IMG/VR virus record: IMGVR_UViG_3300045988_096784
DNA from: a virus
Length of the DNA stretch: 64,000 nucleotides
Direction: 5' to 3' (one strand)
Part shown: positions 27,321 to 40,092 of the stretch, piece by piece
How positions within the stretch are numbered: position 1 is the first letter of the stretch
Layout: every line of letters begins with the position of its first letter
Position numbers and translations under genes: made by a program
Notes under the pieces: model-generated
What the model saw: only the letters and a program-made list of their open reading frames with translations
Told to the model about the DNA's origin: nothing
The model's database searches: none

Positions 27321-28367
27321 ATGATAAAATTAGATTATACTATTGAGTCTCCAGAAGAACGGAAGGCGCTTGTCGAAAAAATAATCGCAGAAAATCCGAA
27401 CCTTAGTTCGAGTTATTTAGAAATATTAGCAGATTATTTAGTTCTATGTATGGAAAAGCAAGAGAAGAAAGAAAAGAATATATTAACAGATAATAGAATG
27501 GCTACTGTTAATAAAAGAGAATGTTCTTTCGAAGGGCTTGCGTCATAGATGGAAAATGGCGAGGATGGCATTTATGGTTTAATGTCAGAAAATAAAAATG
27601 TTATATTTTAGCCAAAGATTTCTATTACACAGAAAGATTTAGATACTATACCATGTTTAAAATAGTTGAGAGAAACCATTAATGTCTGGGAGGGCGCTTT
27701 AAAACGCGCTGCTGGGACAAAATAGGCATATATGATGAAAAAAGCATTAATAGAGATGCGAAAAGATTAGTATATCATTAAGCAAGCATATTAGAAACCT
27801 ATTATACCATGTAAATTAACGAGATCCGTAAGAACTCATATTCCTCTTGATGATTAGAGTTATCTTAATGGACAGGAGGTAGTAGTAAAGGGTATTTCGC
27901 TAATGGACGCCAATGTTGTTTCTGCTATTTTATGCAATTATTCAAAATTAAAAGAAGATAGTTATGATTAGTTTGAGGGAGATACATGGTATTTAATTCA
28001 ATCATTTGAAGAAATATGTGATAAAGCTCTTAAAGACTTTCCAATCTATTTACGAATTGTTGAACTCAAAATTGATAAAAAGTAGAATAACGAAATATAG
28101 GAAATATTAAAAAATGAGTTTGGTAAAACATATAGTGTTGAATATATTTCTAGCCTATGGAGAAATAAGATTCCTAAACTCATTGCGGAAGAGGCTTTAG
28201 AAGATTTTTTACGTTGGTAGTATAAACAAAAAGGATACCCAATGAAAAAATGTTCTAAGTGTGGGCAATTAAAGCCAGCCCATAATCAATTCTTTTCAAA
28301 GAATAAGACAAGCAAAGATAACTTATATAGTATCTGTAAGCGCTGTCGCAATAAGAAAAGAGGTTGA
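27321..28367 (+). CDS. hypothetical protein (about 348 aa), 12 in-frame TAG, C-terminal CxxC...CxxC zinc ribbon
   Basis: AAGGAG ribosome-binding site, ATG; one frame through 12 TAG to TGA. Confidence 0.55.
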
Positions 28368-28373
28368 TTATAA

Positions 28374-29543
28374 ATGAGCCATTATTGTAAAAAATGTGGT
28401 AAAACTATGGATGATACATAGTTTTATACATCAAAAAATTTAGAGAAGTATCCTCCAGATGGAAAGATGGATATTTGTAAAAAGTGTCTTACTATGCACG
28501 TAGATAACTGGGATCCAGAAACTTATAAATGGATTTTATAGGAGATTGACGTTCCATATATTAAAGAAGAATGGAATGGTTTATTGGAGAAATATGGAAA
28601 AGATCCAAAGAAGGTTACTGGATTAACTATTATTGGACGCTATTTATCTAAAATGAAATTAAAGCAATGGAATAAATACACTTGGGCAGATACAGAAACG
28701 CTAGAGAAAGATTCCATTGATAAAAAAGTTCTTAATATGAAAGCTCAAGGATTTACAGAAGATGAAATCCAAGAGCAGTTGTCTATTGATAGAACTCCTC
28801 CAAAACCAAAAGAATTAGAGGATGTTTAGGCCCCTGTAGGAACTCCAGAATATGAAGATCCAGAGGAAGATGATGATTTTGGTGATTAGCTAACCGAAGA
28901 AGATAAATTAGTATTACGTCTTAAATGGGGCCGCGGATATTCTTGGGAAGAAAGAGTAAGAATGGAGCAGCTTTACAATGATATGATGAGTTCTTATGAT
29001 ATTCAAGGAGCAGGCCATAAAGATACTCTTATTATGGTATGTAAAGCTAGTTTAAAAGCAAATTAGTTAATTGATGCTGGAGATATTGATGGCTTTTAGA
29101 AGATGCAAAAAGCCTATGATAGTTTAATGAAAAGCGGCAAATTTACGGCTGCTTAGAACAAAGGCGAATCCGGTGAATTTGTAGATTCAATAGGTGAATT
29201 AGTAGCCCTTTGCGAAAGAGAGGGTTTTATTCCTAGATATTATACGGAAGGACCCCAAGATAAAGTAGATAGAACTCTTTAGGATTTATAGCAATATACT
29301 CATACTCTAGTTACAGAGGAAATGAATCTTGGTAATATGATCGAAGCTTCGTTAAGAGAAATAGTTAAAGACAGAGAACGCGAGGCAAATATTGATGTTG
29401 AAGATAGCGATGAGGATGAAGATTTATTTAATTACGAGCATCCAGAATTAACAGAAGAAGATTATCAAGAGTATGAAGATATGAAAGAGTCGGAAAGAGA
29501 CAAAGATGAGGAAATGTTAAATAATATATTAAAGGAGGTTTAA
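28374..29543 (+). CDS. hypothetical protein (about 389 aa), N-terminal zinc ribbon, acidic C terminus, about 8 in-frame TAG
   Basis: Single frame to TAA at 29541-29543; last fragment matches ORF-track 29322-29543. Confidence 0.55.
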
Positions 29544-29546
29544 TAT

Positions 29547-31292
29547 ATGGCATTAAAAGATTTATTAAACCTTTCAAATAATAATAAGAAAATTGGTCTT
29601 TCCGAAGAAAGAGTTCGTGCGATAATTCCAGCAGCAAGATAGTATATAGCTTTTTGGAGAGAATATCCAGATATGTTTATTGACTTTTTGTAGACCGGCG
29701 GAGACGAGACAAGAAAAAAAGAAATTAATTTTTATTTTTATTAGAGAGTTTTCTTGCGGGCGGCCATGAGATATAAGTATGTATACATGGTATTTCCCCG
29801 TGCCTATTCTAAGTCATTCTTATCAGTAATGGTGCTTATGTGTAGATGTATATTATATCCTGGATGTAAGCTATTTATTACTTCTGGTGGAAAAGAACAG
29901 GCAGCAGGTATTGCAAAAGAAAAAGTCTAGGAAATTTGTAATGCGATTCCCGCACTTTAGAGAGAGATTGATTGGCGAAGAGGTAAGACTTAGGAAGGAA
30001 AAGATTATTGTAAGTATATCTTCAAAAATGGATCTTATTTTGACAACGTCGCGGCTAGAGAATCTTCTCGTGGTAAGCGTAGACATGGAGGATTAATTGA
30101 GGAGTGCGTTGGTGTAGATGGAGATATTTTAAATGAAGTTTTAATCCCTCTAATGAACGTTGATAGAAGATGTTTAGACGGATCTGTTCATGAAGAAGAA
30201 ACACTTAATAAATCTTAGATTTATGTAACTACTGCGGGGTGGAAAAACACATTCCCATATAATAAGTTGATTACTTTGCTAGTGCGCATGATACTAGAAC
30301 CCGAAAAGAGTATTGTAATGGGCGGAACATGGAGAATTCCTGTGCTAGTGGGATTGCAATCCCGCAACTTTGTATAGGAGTTAAAACAAGATGGTACATT
30401 TAATGAAGCATCATTTGATAGAGAGTATGAATCTAAATGGAGTGGCACCGTAGAAGATGCCTTCTTTAATGGTGATGCTTTTGATAGAAGTAGAAAATTG
30501 CTTTAGCCTGAATATGAATCTTCTGGGCGCTCTTCTGCTCAAGCATATTATGTTCTTTCTGTTGATGTAGGAAGAAAGAAATGTCAATCTGTTGTATGTG
30601 TATTTAAAGTAACCCCTCAGTCTCAAGGACCAGCGATTAAGTCTCTTGTTAATATATATACTATGGATGATGAACATTTTGAAGATTAGGCAATTAAGCT
30701 AAAAAGATTATATTATGATTATAAAGCTAAAATTATTGTTATTGACGGTAATGGACTTGGTGCTGGATTGATGGATTATATGGTTAAACCACAAATAGTG
30801 CCAGATACCAATGAAGTTTTTCCTGATTTTGGTGTAGCTAATGATGAAGATGGAGAATATAAACGATTTAGAACAGATAATACAGAATATGATGCTATTT
30901 ATGAAATTAAGGCAAATGCGCCAATTAATACCGAAGCCCATAGCAATGTTTAGACATAGTTGCGGGCTGGAAAGTTAAGATTTTTAATCGACGAAAAAGT
31001 TGCTAGAAATAAATTACTTGGTACCAAGAAAGGTCAAGCCATGAAACCAGAAGAGCGGGCAGAATATTTAAAACCATTCACTTTAACTTCTATATTAAGA
31101 GAAGAAATGCTAAATTTGCGAGAAGAAAATGAGGGTGTAAATATTATTTTAAAACAGGCAAATAAGTCTGTGCCCAAAGATAAATTCTCTGCGCTTGAAT
31201 ATGGATTATATTATATTAAATAGGAAGAAGATAGTAAACGCAAGCGTAAAAGTAGAAGATTTTCAGATTTTATGTTTATGAGTGAGGTGTAA
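29547..31292 (+). CDS. terL: terminase large subunit, about 12 in-frame TAG
   Basis: AAAGGAGG ribosome-binding site; ATPase motifs FPRAYSKSF (Walker A-like) and ESSRGKRRHGGLIEEC (Arg finger/Walker B). C-terminal nuclease region VIDGNGLGAGLMDYM; continuous frame to TAA. Confidence 0.75.
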
Positions 31293-31295
31293 GAT

Positions 31296-31652
31296 ATGAA
31301 GGCTAGTCGTGGAGAAATTAAAATTCATGAGATATTAGAGCAAAATGGCATGAACTTTAAAGAAGAGTATGAGTTTCCTGGGCTGAAAGCACCAAGTGGC
31401 AGGCCACTTCGTTTTGATTTTGCTGTTTTTGATGATGATGGAAATCTTGATTTTTTAATTGAGTATCAGGGTAAATAGCATTATTAGGCTGTTAGTAAAT
31501 TTGGTGGAAATAGAGGATTATACCAATAGAAATATAATGATAATCAAAAGCGTAGATTTTGTGCATTAAAAGGTATTACCCTCATTGAAGTTCCCTATAC
31601 GGAGGAAAATATCATCTCTTATGATTATTTAATGAGTAAAGCTGGATATTAA
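31296..31652 (+). CDS. DUF559/Vsr-like PD-(D/E)xK endonuclease-like protein (118 aa), 3 in-frame TAG
   Basis: RPLRFDFAVFDDDGNLDFLIEYQG-K-TAG-HY resembles the DUF559 core; sits between terL and portal. Confidence 0.45.
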
Positions 31653-31669
31653 CACCTGGAGGTGATATT

Positions 31670-33295
31670 TTGTTAAAACGTCGATAGGAAGAAATAAGAG
31701 CTAAAGGTTTTGATCTATTAGATCGAGGTATTATTACTCGTTATCAATAGGAAGAAGATTTTTTGAATTATGATACTGTTGATTATGCAAAAATGCGAGT
31801 TGGATTACGGTCTGTGGATGATGCGCTTATTAATCTAGGTACATATAAAAAGATAAATAGAAATTATGGAGATAAAAAGTTTGTATTAAATGCTATTTAT
31901 AAACATGATTACAAGACTTTAAGAGAGATTTCTAATTACTTTTATGAAAGTAGCGGTATTTATTATAGATTATGTAAATATTTAGCCTTCTTATATAGAT
32001 TTGATTGGTATATTACTCCATACACAGTAGATGCGTAGAAAGATAAAGATAAGTTATTAAAAGATTTTTCAAAGGTCTTGCTTTACCTTGATAAATCTAG
32101 TGTGAAGAGAATGCTTGGAAATATATCATTAGATATTATTAAAGAAGGAGCTTATTATGGTGTAATTGTTGATTTTGGAGATAGATTTGCAATTTAGAAA
32201 TTACCAGCTTCATATTGCAGAAGTAGATATTTCTAGGGCCCTAATCCAATAGTAGAATTAAATCTTTAGTTTTTTGACACTTATTTTGCCAATCCGCAAT
32301 ATAAAATCTAGATATTAAAGATTTTTCCACAGGATATTCAAAAGGCATATATTCTTTATAAACAGGGAAAATTAAAAGGGGATTATCCAGGTGATACTAC
32401 TGTATGGTATCCACTAGATCCTAGTATTTCTGTAAAGTTTAGTCTAAATGATAATGAATTTCCTTTTCTAGCTGGGGTTATTCCTTCTATTATTGATTTG
32501 GATCAAGCGCAAGAATTAGATCGTCAAAAGACAATGCAACAATTATTAAAAATTATTATTTAGAAGTTGCCTCTTGATAAAAATGGAGATTTGATTTTTG
32601 ATGTTGATGAAGCAAGGGATATTCATAATAATGCTGTAACTATGTTAAAACGAGCTATTGGTGTAGATGTATTAACAACTTTTGCAGATATTGAAAAAAT
32701 TGATACAAAAGATAATAATTCTAATACAACGACAGACGATTTAGAAAAAGTTGAACGTACAGTTTATAATAACTCAGGTGTAACTCATAATTTGTTTAAT
32801 GCAGATGGCAATATTGCAGTTACAAATTCTATTTTGACAGATGAATCTAGCGTAAGAGATATTCCTCTCATGTTTACAGATTTATTAAATCGAGTAGTAG
32901 AGAAATTTAATCGCAAAAATCATTATGAGTTTAGAGCGGAAATGTTAGAAACTACCTAGTTTAATTATAAAGAGTTATCTAAATTATATAAAGAGCACGC
33001 TCAACTGGGTTATTCTAAGATGTTGCCACAGATTGCTTTAGGTCACTCTCAATCGAGCATATTAGCTACATTAACATTTGAGAACGAAGTATTGAATTTG
33101 GCAGAAATTATGATTCCACCTATGAGTTCTAATACCAGAAGCGGAAAAGATTTGGGTAATAATAATTAGTCATCTAAAACTAATTCTTAGAATAAGTAGA
33201 CAAGTTCAACTAATACTAATGGAGCCGGCAGGCCCAAAAAAGAAGATGGCGAAAAGTCAGATAAGACAATAGCTAATCAAGAAAGTTCGTCATAA
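31670..33295 (+). CDS. portal protein, about 12 in-frame TAG
   Basis: TTG start 7 nt after GGAGGTG; about 541 codons; position after terL; fragments 31763-32038 and 32567-32959 in one frame. Confidence 0.65.
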
Positions 33296-33309
33296 AGGAG
33301 GGATTGAAC

Positions 33310-34569
33310 TTGCATATTAGTGTTCCCATTTTAAATACGATGGAATATATTTAGAACACTTAGATTTCTCCTCTAGTTAGTAAAGGTGTCTGCAAAGTTT
33401 GCTATGTTGGGTAGCAACCTAACCGCAACCATACTGTAATTACCAAAGAAGTGGCCGCGGAAATGGGACGTAAACTACCAGGAAGTCCTATTGTTGGATA
33501 TTTTAATCATGAAATAAATGATTTTGAAGGCCACAACAGAGAAATTATTGTTCGAGATGGTAAGTTTGCTATTGTTGATACCACAAGACCATATGGATTT
33601 GTTCCTACAAATGCAAATGTATGGTTTTAGAAGTTCAATGATGAAGGCGTAGAAAGAGAATATCTTGTGACAGATGTATACATTTGGACTAGCGTTTATC
33701 CAGAATCTAAAAGAATCCTGGAGAATGGCAATAACCATTCTATGGAATTGAATGAAGAAAATCAATCAGGATTTTGGACAAAAGATGATAAAACAAATGA
33801 AAGAATCTTTATCTACAATGAGGCATTGATTGAGAAATTATGTGTTCTCGGAGAAAATGTTGAGCCTTGTTTCGAGGGAGCTCAATTTAGTTCTCAATTT
33901 TCTTTAGAGAATAATCAAGAGTTTTAGAAACTTAAAACTATGATGTATTCTATGATGGATCAATTAAAAGAAACTTTAAATAAAGGAGGCTCTCAAGAAC
34001 CTATGGAGAATGAGAAGAAAGTACCTACTGATTTCGAGAAAAATACTCCAAATCCCGAAGAGGATAAGAAGAAAAAGACTTCTGAAAATCCTGCTCCAGC
34101 CCCAGAGGGAGAAAAAGAAAAGAAAAAGGATACTCCTCAAGGTAAGAAGTATAATCTTGAAGAAGTAACAGAATATACAGAGTTACTTACAAAGTTTACC
34201 GATTTAGAGACTAAATATTCTGCTCTTGAGCAAGAAAAAACTAATCTAGATAATGAAGTTACAGCACTAAGAGAATTTAAACTTAATGCTGAACGTCAAA
34301 GTAAACAACAAATGATTGATAGTTTCTATATGTTAAGTGATGAGGATAAGAAAGATGTCGCTGAGCATATTGATACTTATTCTTTAGATGATATTGAAGC
34401 TAAATTATCTATTCTTTGTGTTAGAAATAAAGTAAATTTCAATCTTGAAGAAAAGCATAAAGAAGAAGATAATACCCCAAAGGGACTTTTTAATTTAAAT
34501 AATCCAGAAACTGACAACGTTCCTGATTGGGTAAAAGCAATTCGTGAAACTGCTAAAAGCAGTATTTAA
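33310..34569 (+). CDS. putative prohead protease/scaffold fusion (coiled-coil C-terminal half), 6 in-frame TAG
   Basis: TTG after AAAGGAGGG; C-terminal half is charged heptad-like (ELLTKFTDLETKYSALEQEKTNLDNEVTALREF). Confidence 0.5.
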
Positions 34570-34582
34570 GGAGGATTAAAGA

Positions 34583-35272
34583 ATGGCTAAGAGTTCTAAA
34601 AGATTAGGTAATGCCACTTTTGTCCAGTATGGATATGGTCAAGTGGAGCCAAACCATCTTTCCGCTCCAAGAAATGGTCAAGTATATGCTCAGCTTCCCG
34701 CAGCTAGCGCTATTGAGATTCTTGAGAACGGTCAATTTGTAAAGTATGATTATGCAAAAGGCGTATGCGATTTTAGTACGGAAGCTACTTCTGGCGCCTG
34801 GATGATGGTATTTAATGAAGTAAAGATTTATAGAGATCGCGAAACTGATGCTGATTTTGCTATGATTAAGGATAATTATAATGCTCGTGTATATAGTCCA
34901 ATTGGACAAACAGTTTCTACACTTGCTACAATAAGTGATTATACCGGAGAAGCTGTACGCGAAGGTAGTGATGTAGCATATAAGAAAAATATGGAGACAT
35001 TTACTTATCCTGCATTGATGCCAGAAGGAACTAAAATGGTACCTCGCGTAATTAAGATTAGTATTGGTGATATTTGGACTACTAATACCATTAAAGCTAA
35101 TGCCGGAGAGCTTGCAGTAGGCGATCGTCTAAAGATTGATACTGATGGATATTTAACTAAAGATACTGAAACTTCTGCTAAAGGTGGAGATTTAGATCCT
35201 ATCTTTGCAGTAGTAAAAGTGTATACTATGCCAGATCTTCAACCTGGTGTAAAAGTACAGCGTGTAGGTTAA
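34583..35272 (+). CDS. capsid-associated structural protein (229 aa), no TAG
   Basis: AAGGAGG ribosome-binding site; codon usage of a highly expressed gene; between scaffold and major capsid protein. Confidence 0.6.
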   Translation: MAKSSKRLGNATFVQYGYGQVEPNHLSAPRNGQVYAQLPAASAIEILENGQFVKYDYAKGVCDFSTEATSGAWMMVFNEVKIYRDRETDADFAMIKDNYNARVYSPIGQTVSTLATISDYTGEAVREGSDVAYKKNMETFTYPALMPEGTKMVPRVIKISIGDIWTTNTIKANAGELAVGDRLKIDTDGYLTKDTETSAKGGDLDPIFAVVKVYTMPDLQPGVKVQRVG

Positions 35273-35291
35273 TTGGAAGGAGTGAAGAAGA

Positions 35292-36344
35292 ATGTTAGAT
35301 AAAGCTAATTTACTTAGTTTAATGAAAACTGTCGCTAATGCAAATCCTTCTGGTACCTATAGCTATCAAGGAGAGTCTTTTAGCTATGACGCTTTAAATA
35401 CTACTTTGCGTAATGAGCTAAATGAATTTGTTGGCACAGATGAACTTTATAGAGAAAATAAAAATACTCTATTCTCTTTAATTGAGCAGACTATGGATGA
35501 AGTTGTTCCTAATCGTTTACTCAATTCTTATGGCAATTTTGCTGAGATTAGAACTTTCGCACAAGGCGACAAGCCTGTATTTACTCGTAGAACTGGACTT
35601 ACTCGCGCTAAGCAATTCATTACTCGTGTGGGGCTTGCTGGTGTGTATGAGACCTTTAAGCTTGGTTCTGAGAGCTTCGAAGTTGGAACAAGCGCCATTG
35701 GTGGAGCTGCTCGTATCGGATTTGAGGAGTTCCTTGATGGAAGAGTAAACTTTGCAGAACTTACTCAAATTGTAACAGAGGGTATGCAAGAGCTTATTTA
35801 TAGAGAGATTGCTCAAGCTCTTATGGGTTCTATCAATCAGCTTCCCGCAGCAAACCGTTGTGCTGTTGCTGGTTTTGACGAATCAACTATGGATTATCTT
35901 GTAAATACTGCTACTGCTTATGGTCAACCAACTATTTATTGCACTCGTGAGTTTGCAGTAAAAATGATTCCAGACAATGATGCTTGGATTTCTGACAATA
36001 TGAGAGATCAGTATTGGGGAACTGGTTATCTTGCAAATTACAAGGGAACTAGAGTGGTAATTCTACCTCAAACTCTTGAGGATGAGACTAACTCCAAAAA
36101 GATGATTGATCCAGGTTATGCTTGGATTATTCCTGGTGGAGCTGAGAGCCGTCCTGTAAAAGTTGCTTTTGAAGGTACTACCCACGTGCGCGAACGCGAT
36201 GATAATGACGACTGGTCTCGTGATATTCAGGTTTACCGTAAGGTTGGTGTCGGTGTAATGATGGCGAATAACATCTTTTCTTATGTTGATACTGAACTTC
36301 AAGGCGAGCTTGATAATACTAACCCAAATCCAAATAATGGTTAA
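35292..36344 (+). CDS. major capsid protein (350 aa), no TAG
   Basis: Size, position, biased codon usage, followed by strong terminator. Confidence 0.65.
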   Translation: MLDKANLLSLMKTVANANPSGTYSYQGESFSYDALNTTLRNELNEFVGTDELYRENKNTLFSLIEQTMDEVVPNRLLNSYGNFAEIRTFAQGDKPVFTRRTGLTRAKQFITRVGLAGVYETFKLGSESFEVGTSAIGGAARIGFEEFLDGRVNFAELTQIVTEGMQELIYREIAQALMGSINQLPAANRCAVAGFDESTMDYLVNTATAYGQPTIYCTREFAVKMIPDNDAWISDNMRDQYWGTGYLANYKGTRVVILPQTLEDETNSKKMIDPGYAWIIPGGAESRPVKVAFEGTTHVRERDDNDDWSRDIQVYRKVGVGVMMANNIFSYVDTELQGELDNTNPNPNNG

Positions 36345-36350
36345 TTGACA

Positions 36351-36380
36351 GGGGATAGGGAAATATCCCTATCCCCTTTT
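36351..36380 (+). terminator. rho-independent terminator ggggataggg-aaatat-ccctatcccc plus T4
   Basis: 10-bp stem directly after the capsid gene. Confidence 0.65.
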
Positions 36381-36408
36381 ATTTATTGAGAAAAAGGAGA
36401 TAAAAATT

Positions 36409-36942
36409 ATGAAAAATAATTGCACTGTTTATAATAAGAGCGCAGGTCGTGTTGTATATAGATTGCCTGAATTGGGCGTGCGCCGTATGTTTTACCCTGG
36501 AGAACACAAGGAACTTGAAGTATCTGAACTAGAAAAGCTAGTACAAACACCTGGAGGCCGCAAATTAATTTATAATTACTTGCTTGTGGATGATAGAGAG
36601 ATTGTTGAATATCTTATTAATGGTAGGGTTGAACCAGAGTATTGGATGAAAGAAGAAGAGATTGATTCTTGGATGAATACGTGTTCTTTAGATGAATTTA
36701 AGGATGCTCTTGATTTTGCTCCAGAAGGCACCAAAGATCTGATTAAATCCCATGCTATTTCTCTTCCCTTAAATGATATGTCTAAAAGAGATGCTTTGGA
36801 AAAACAATTAGGATTTAATGTTACTAAAGCATTAGAATTAACAGCAGATGATAAAAAGAATCCTAAGGAAGAGAAACCTGTAAGAAGAGTGTCAACTACA
36901 AGTGAGGATGCTCCAAAACGCAGAGTAGCTATTTCTGATTGA
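36409..36942 (+). CDS. hypothetical structural protein (177 aa), no TAG
   Basis: ORF. Confidence 0.55.
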   Translation: MKNNCTVYNKSAGRVVYRLPELGVRRMFYPGEHKELEVSELEKLVQTPGGRKLIYNYLLVDDREIVEYLINGRVEPEYWMKEEEIDSWMNTCSLDEFKDALDFAPEGTKDLIKSHAISLPLNDMSKRDALEKQLGFNVTKALELTADDKKNPKEEKPVRRVSTTSEDAPKRRVAISD

Positions 36943-36961
36943 TATAAGGGAGGTTATAGCC

Positions 36962-37504
36962 ATGGATAATAAGAAATATCCAATTTAGGGCGATCCGACC
37001 CCCTTTGAAGAAATTTATGATAGATTTTTTGGTAAGATTACTGATGATATGTATATGGAATGGACATAGGAAGATACTGAAAAAGATTTGTATAACATCC
37101 TAATGGATGCACTTCCTGGTTTTGAGTTCCCTCGTTTTCCATTATACAGTTTTACCAATATAGAAAATAATGATGAAGAGACTGGAATAGCAACTATTAT
37201 TCCAGCCTTTTCTGCACATTTAACGACAGAAGAAATAAATATTCTTGCTATTCTAATGTATAATACTTGGTTACAACGCCAGGTGGCTTCAATAGAATAG
37301 ACGAGAATGAAATATTCTGGAACAGATTTTAAAATGACTTCCTAGGCCAATCATTTAGCCAAATTAATAGAGTTGAAAAAGGAAGCAGAACGTCAAAGTC
37401 ATCATATGCAGCGTCTCTACAAAAGAAGAAAACTAATTGATAATCAAGGCTCTTATAAATCAAACTGGTCAACATTAAGAGAGATGAGTGTTTTTGATGG
37501 ATAA
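36962..37504 (+). CDS. head-tail connector/adaptor candidate (180 aa), 4 in-frame TAG
   Basis: GGGAGG ribosome-binding site; continuous frame to TAA. Confidence 0.5.
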
Positions 37505-37805
37505 ATATGATATTAATTTCCCATTAGAAACAAAAGAGTAGGATTTAAAGAGATTGATTAATTAGTTATGGAAGTTAATTCCAATGAGAGAGAATAATGA
37601 AGACTGGGTAAATCATTTGAATGTAATAACAGAAGAAATTAGTGGATTAGTTAAAATGTATAAAGATAGAGTTGAGGGACTTATTTTATTGTCTAAACTG
37701 GAAGGGTTATCTTCAAATGTCTGTAATGATTTTATGATTTATCGAAAAACAGTCTTTAGATGTATTGATTTGTTGGCGTAGGTGATTAGAGATGACGAAT
37801 CTTGA
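37497..37805 (+). CDS. hypothetical neck protein (102 aa), 3 in-frame TAG; start overlaps previous stop (ATGGATAA)
   Basis: Frame contains ORF-track fragment 37584-37781; ends TGA. Confidence 0.45.
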
Positions 37806-38784
37806 ATTAATGCGAAAAAGATTTGAATGGTAGGGTGGTATTCACTAGGAAGATAGAATGATCAAAGATAAATGGAGAACTCTTTAGAAAGCATTATTAT
37901 ATTCTTATCAAGCCTGTACTGTTCAATTAGTCTAGAAGTCAACCTAGGTTTTAGATGCAACGTTAGATGCTGTTGATCCAGATATGAATATTTATCCTAT
38001 GTGTCGTGCGCTTATTAATCCAGATAAAGTGAAACAGGACTATGATGATAAGATAATCTCCATAGATCATATTAATCAATATGCGCCTGGAGATGTCTTT
38101 GAGTGGAAAAAAACTGGCACTCATTGGATAATTTATCTTGAAGAAATAACTGAGGACGCTTATTTTAGAGGGGAAATAAGACGTTGTAGATATAGAATTA
38201 AGTTTAAAGATTAGGAAGGGAATTGGTGTTAGACTTGGGCTGCGATTCGAGGTCCAGTTGAAACCCAAATCGAGTCTATTTAGAAGAATCAAGAAAGATT
38301 GGATAAACCTAATCTTAGCTTAAACATACTTATGCCAAGAAATGAAAAAACTATTCATGCTTTTGATAGATATAGTGAATTTTTGTTCGCTGGAAGATGT
38401 TGGAAAGTTTAGGCTCCAGATGATATAAGTATGAAGAATGTAATTGAAGTGAGTGCAGAAGAAGATTATATAAATAGAGATACTGATGATATAGAAAATA
38501 GTATGAAAGATGGTTTAATATTCGAACCAGAAGATCCTACTCCAAATAGCGGGATTATGGGAGAGACTTTTATTAAACCAATGATAGAAGAATCTTATTC
38601 TGTAGAAGAAGCTAATGGAGCTTGGTCAATATTGGAAAAGAATGTTCCTGTAACTTTATGTCCAAATGGAAATAAATCTGTTTAGTTGGTGTGGAATAAA
38701 ACTACTCATGGTCAATTCACTCTAGTATGGAAGAAGGATAATACTGTACTGGAAAAAGTTATTGTAGTAGAATCTTTATTTTAA
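37792..38784 (+). CDS. hypothetical head-tail joining protein (330 aa), about 9 in-frame TAG
   Basis: AGGTGA ribosome-binding site, ATG; frame joins fragments 37984-38214 and 38431-38685; ends TAA. Confidence 0.5.
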
Positions 38785-38799
38785 GGAGAGTGAATTGAA

Positions 38800-39336
38800 A
38801 TGAAAAAAAATACTTATGAGTATCCTAAATCTAGTTTGTTAGGTATGTAGAAAGATGCTTCTCTGATTATGGAAAGAATACTTTCTAATTAGAATGTTTT
38901 GAAATTATTAACTTATAATACTAGAGATTGGAAAAGTAAACCGACCGTTACAGGAGATATGATAAAGGAAATGATTGATACTAAGTAGATTTCTGCTGTT
39001 CCTAAGATAAAGGTTGATAGACCAGAAAAATCTTATTTAAGATTGATCTATGGCACTATGGTTAGAAATTCTACAAATCCTGAATATAGAGATAATACAT
39101 TTGGTATTGATATTATTTGTCATTATGATAATTGGGATTTGGGAGATTATGATTTACGGCCTTATCGAATCGCGGGAGAGATAGATTCAATGCTTGATGG
39201 AACTCATTTAACGGGTATAGGAGAGCTAGAATTTGTATCAGCTACGCCATATATATATGATGAAGAATTTGCTGGTTTGTCTCTAACATATCTTGCTATT
39301 CGCGGAAATGAAGATAAGGTAAATCCGCTTGCTTGA
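38800..39336 (+). CDS. hypothetical structural protein (178 aa), 3 in-frame TAG
   Basis: AAGGAGAG ribosome-binding site; C-terminal part equals fragment 39043-39336. Confidence 0.5.
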
Positions 39337-39352
39337 TTATAGACTAGCTTTA

Positions 39353-40078
39353 ATGGCCGGGATTGATATTCCCATTCCTGAATTACAACTTACTATTCAC
39401 GTTCCCGTCATTAAAGAGATAGCTCTTATGGGAGAGACAAAATTTTTTATGGCAGTTCAATATTTATGTTTAGATAAAGAATCATTAATATAGGACGAAA
39501 CTCTTTTATCATCATTAACTAATTTTCAAGTATTGATGAAGGTGTTAGAATAGTCACAGGATAAAGATAAAAAAAATGCTGTTATTATGCTACTTACATT
39601 ATTATTTCCTGATTATATACCAGTAATAACTAGAAATTCAATAATTTTAACTAAGCAAGGAGAAAATTAGCCTTTGTTAATAGATGATAATAACTTTGAT
39701 ATTTTTCAAAGCGTACTAAAAGAGATTTTGTGTGTAAACAGTCTATTTTAGGGAAATAATGTTATCTATAATCCAGCTAATGACCGAGCTAAAGAAATTG
39801 CTGAAAAGTTAATGCGCGGTAGACGAAAAGTAGCAGAAATCAAAAGCAAAGGAAATAATGAGAGTGTTCTAACACGCTATATATCTATCTTGACAATCGG
39901 ATCTAATACAATGAGTTTAGAGGATTGCTTAAATCTAAATATGTTTTAGATATTTGATTTGATGGAAAGATATAATGCGTTTATTGAATGGGATGTTGAC
40001 TTGCGGGTTCGTCTTGCGGGCGGCAAACCAGATAAACCAGTTGAATCATGGATGCGAGATATACATCCTAAAAATTAA
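39353..40078 (+). CDS. hypothetical tail-completion candidate (241 aa), 6 in-frame TAG
   Basis: Continuous frame to TAA at 40076-40078; start without clear SD. Confidence 0.4.
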
Positions 40079-40092
40079 GGAGGAATTAGCTC

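Noticed and set aside
33475-33765. 96-aa minus ORF inside the late operon
   Set aside because: Antisense to the scaffold/protease gene whose frame is continuous through it
35482-35816. Two overlapping ORFs inside the capsid gene
   Set aside because: Alternate frames of a strongly supported 350-aa gene
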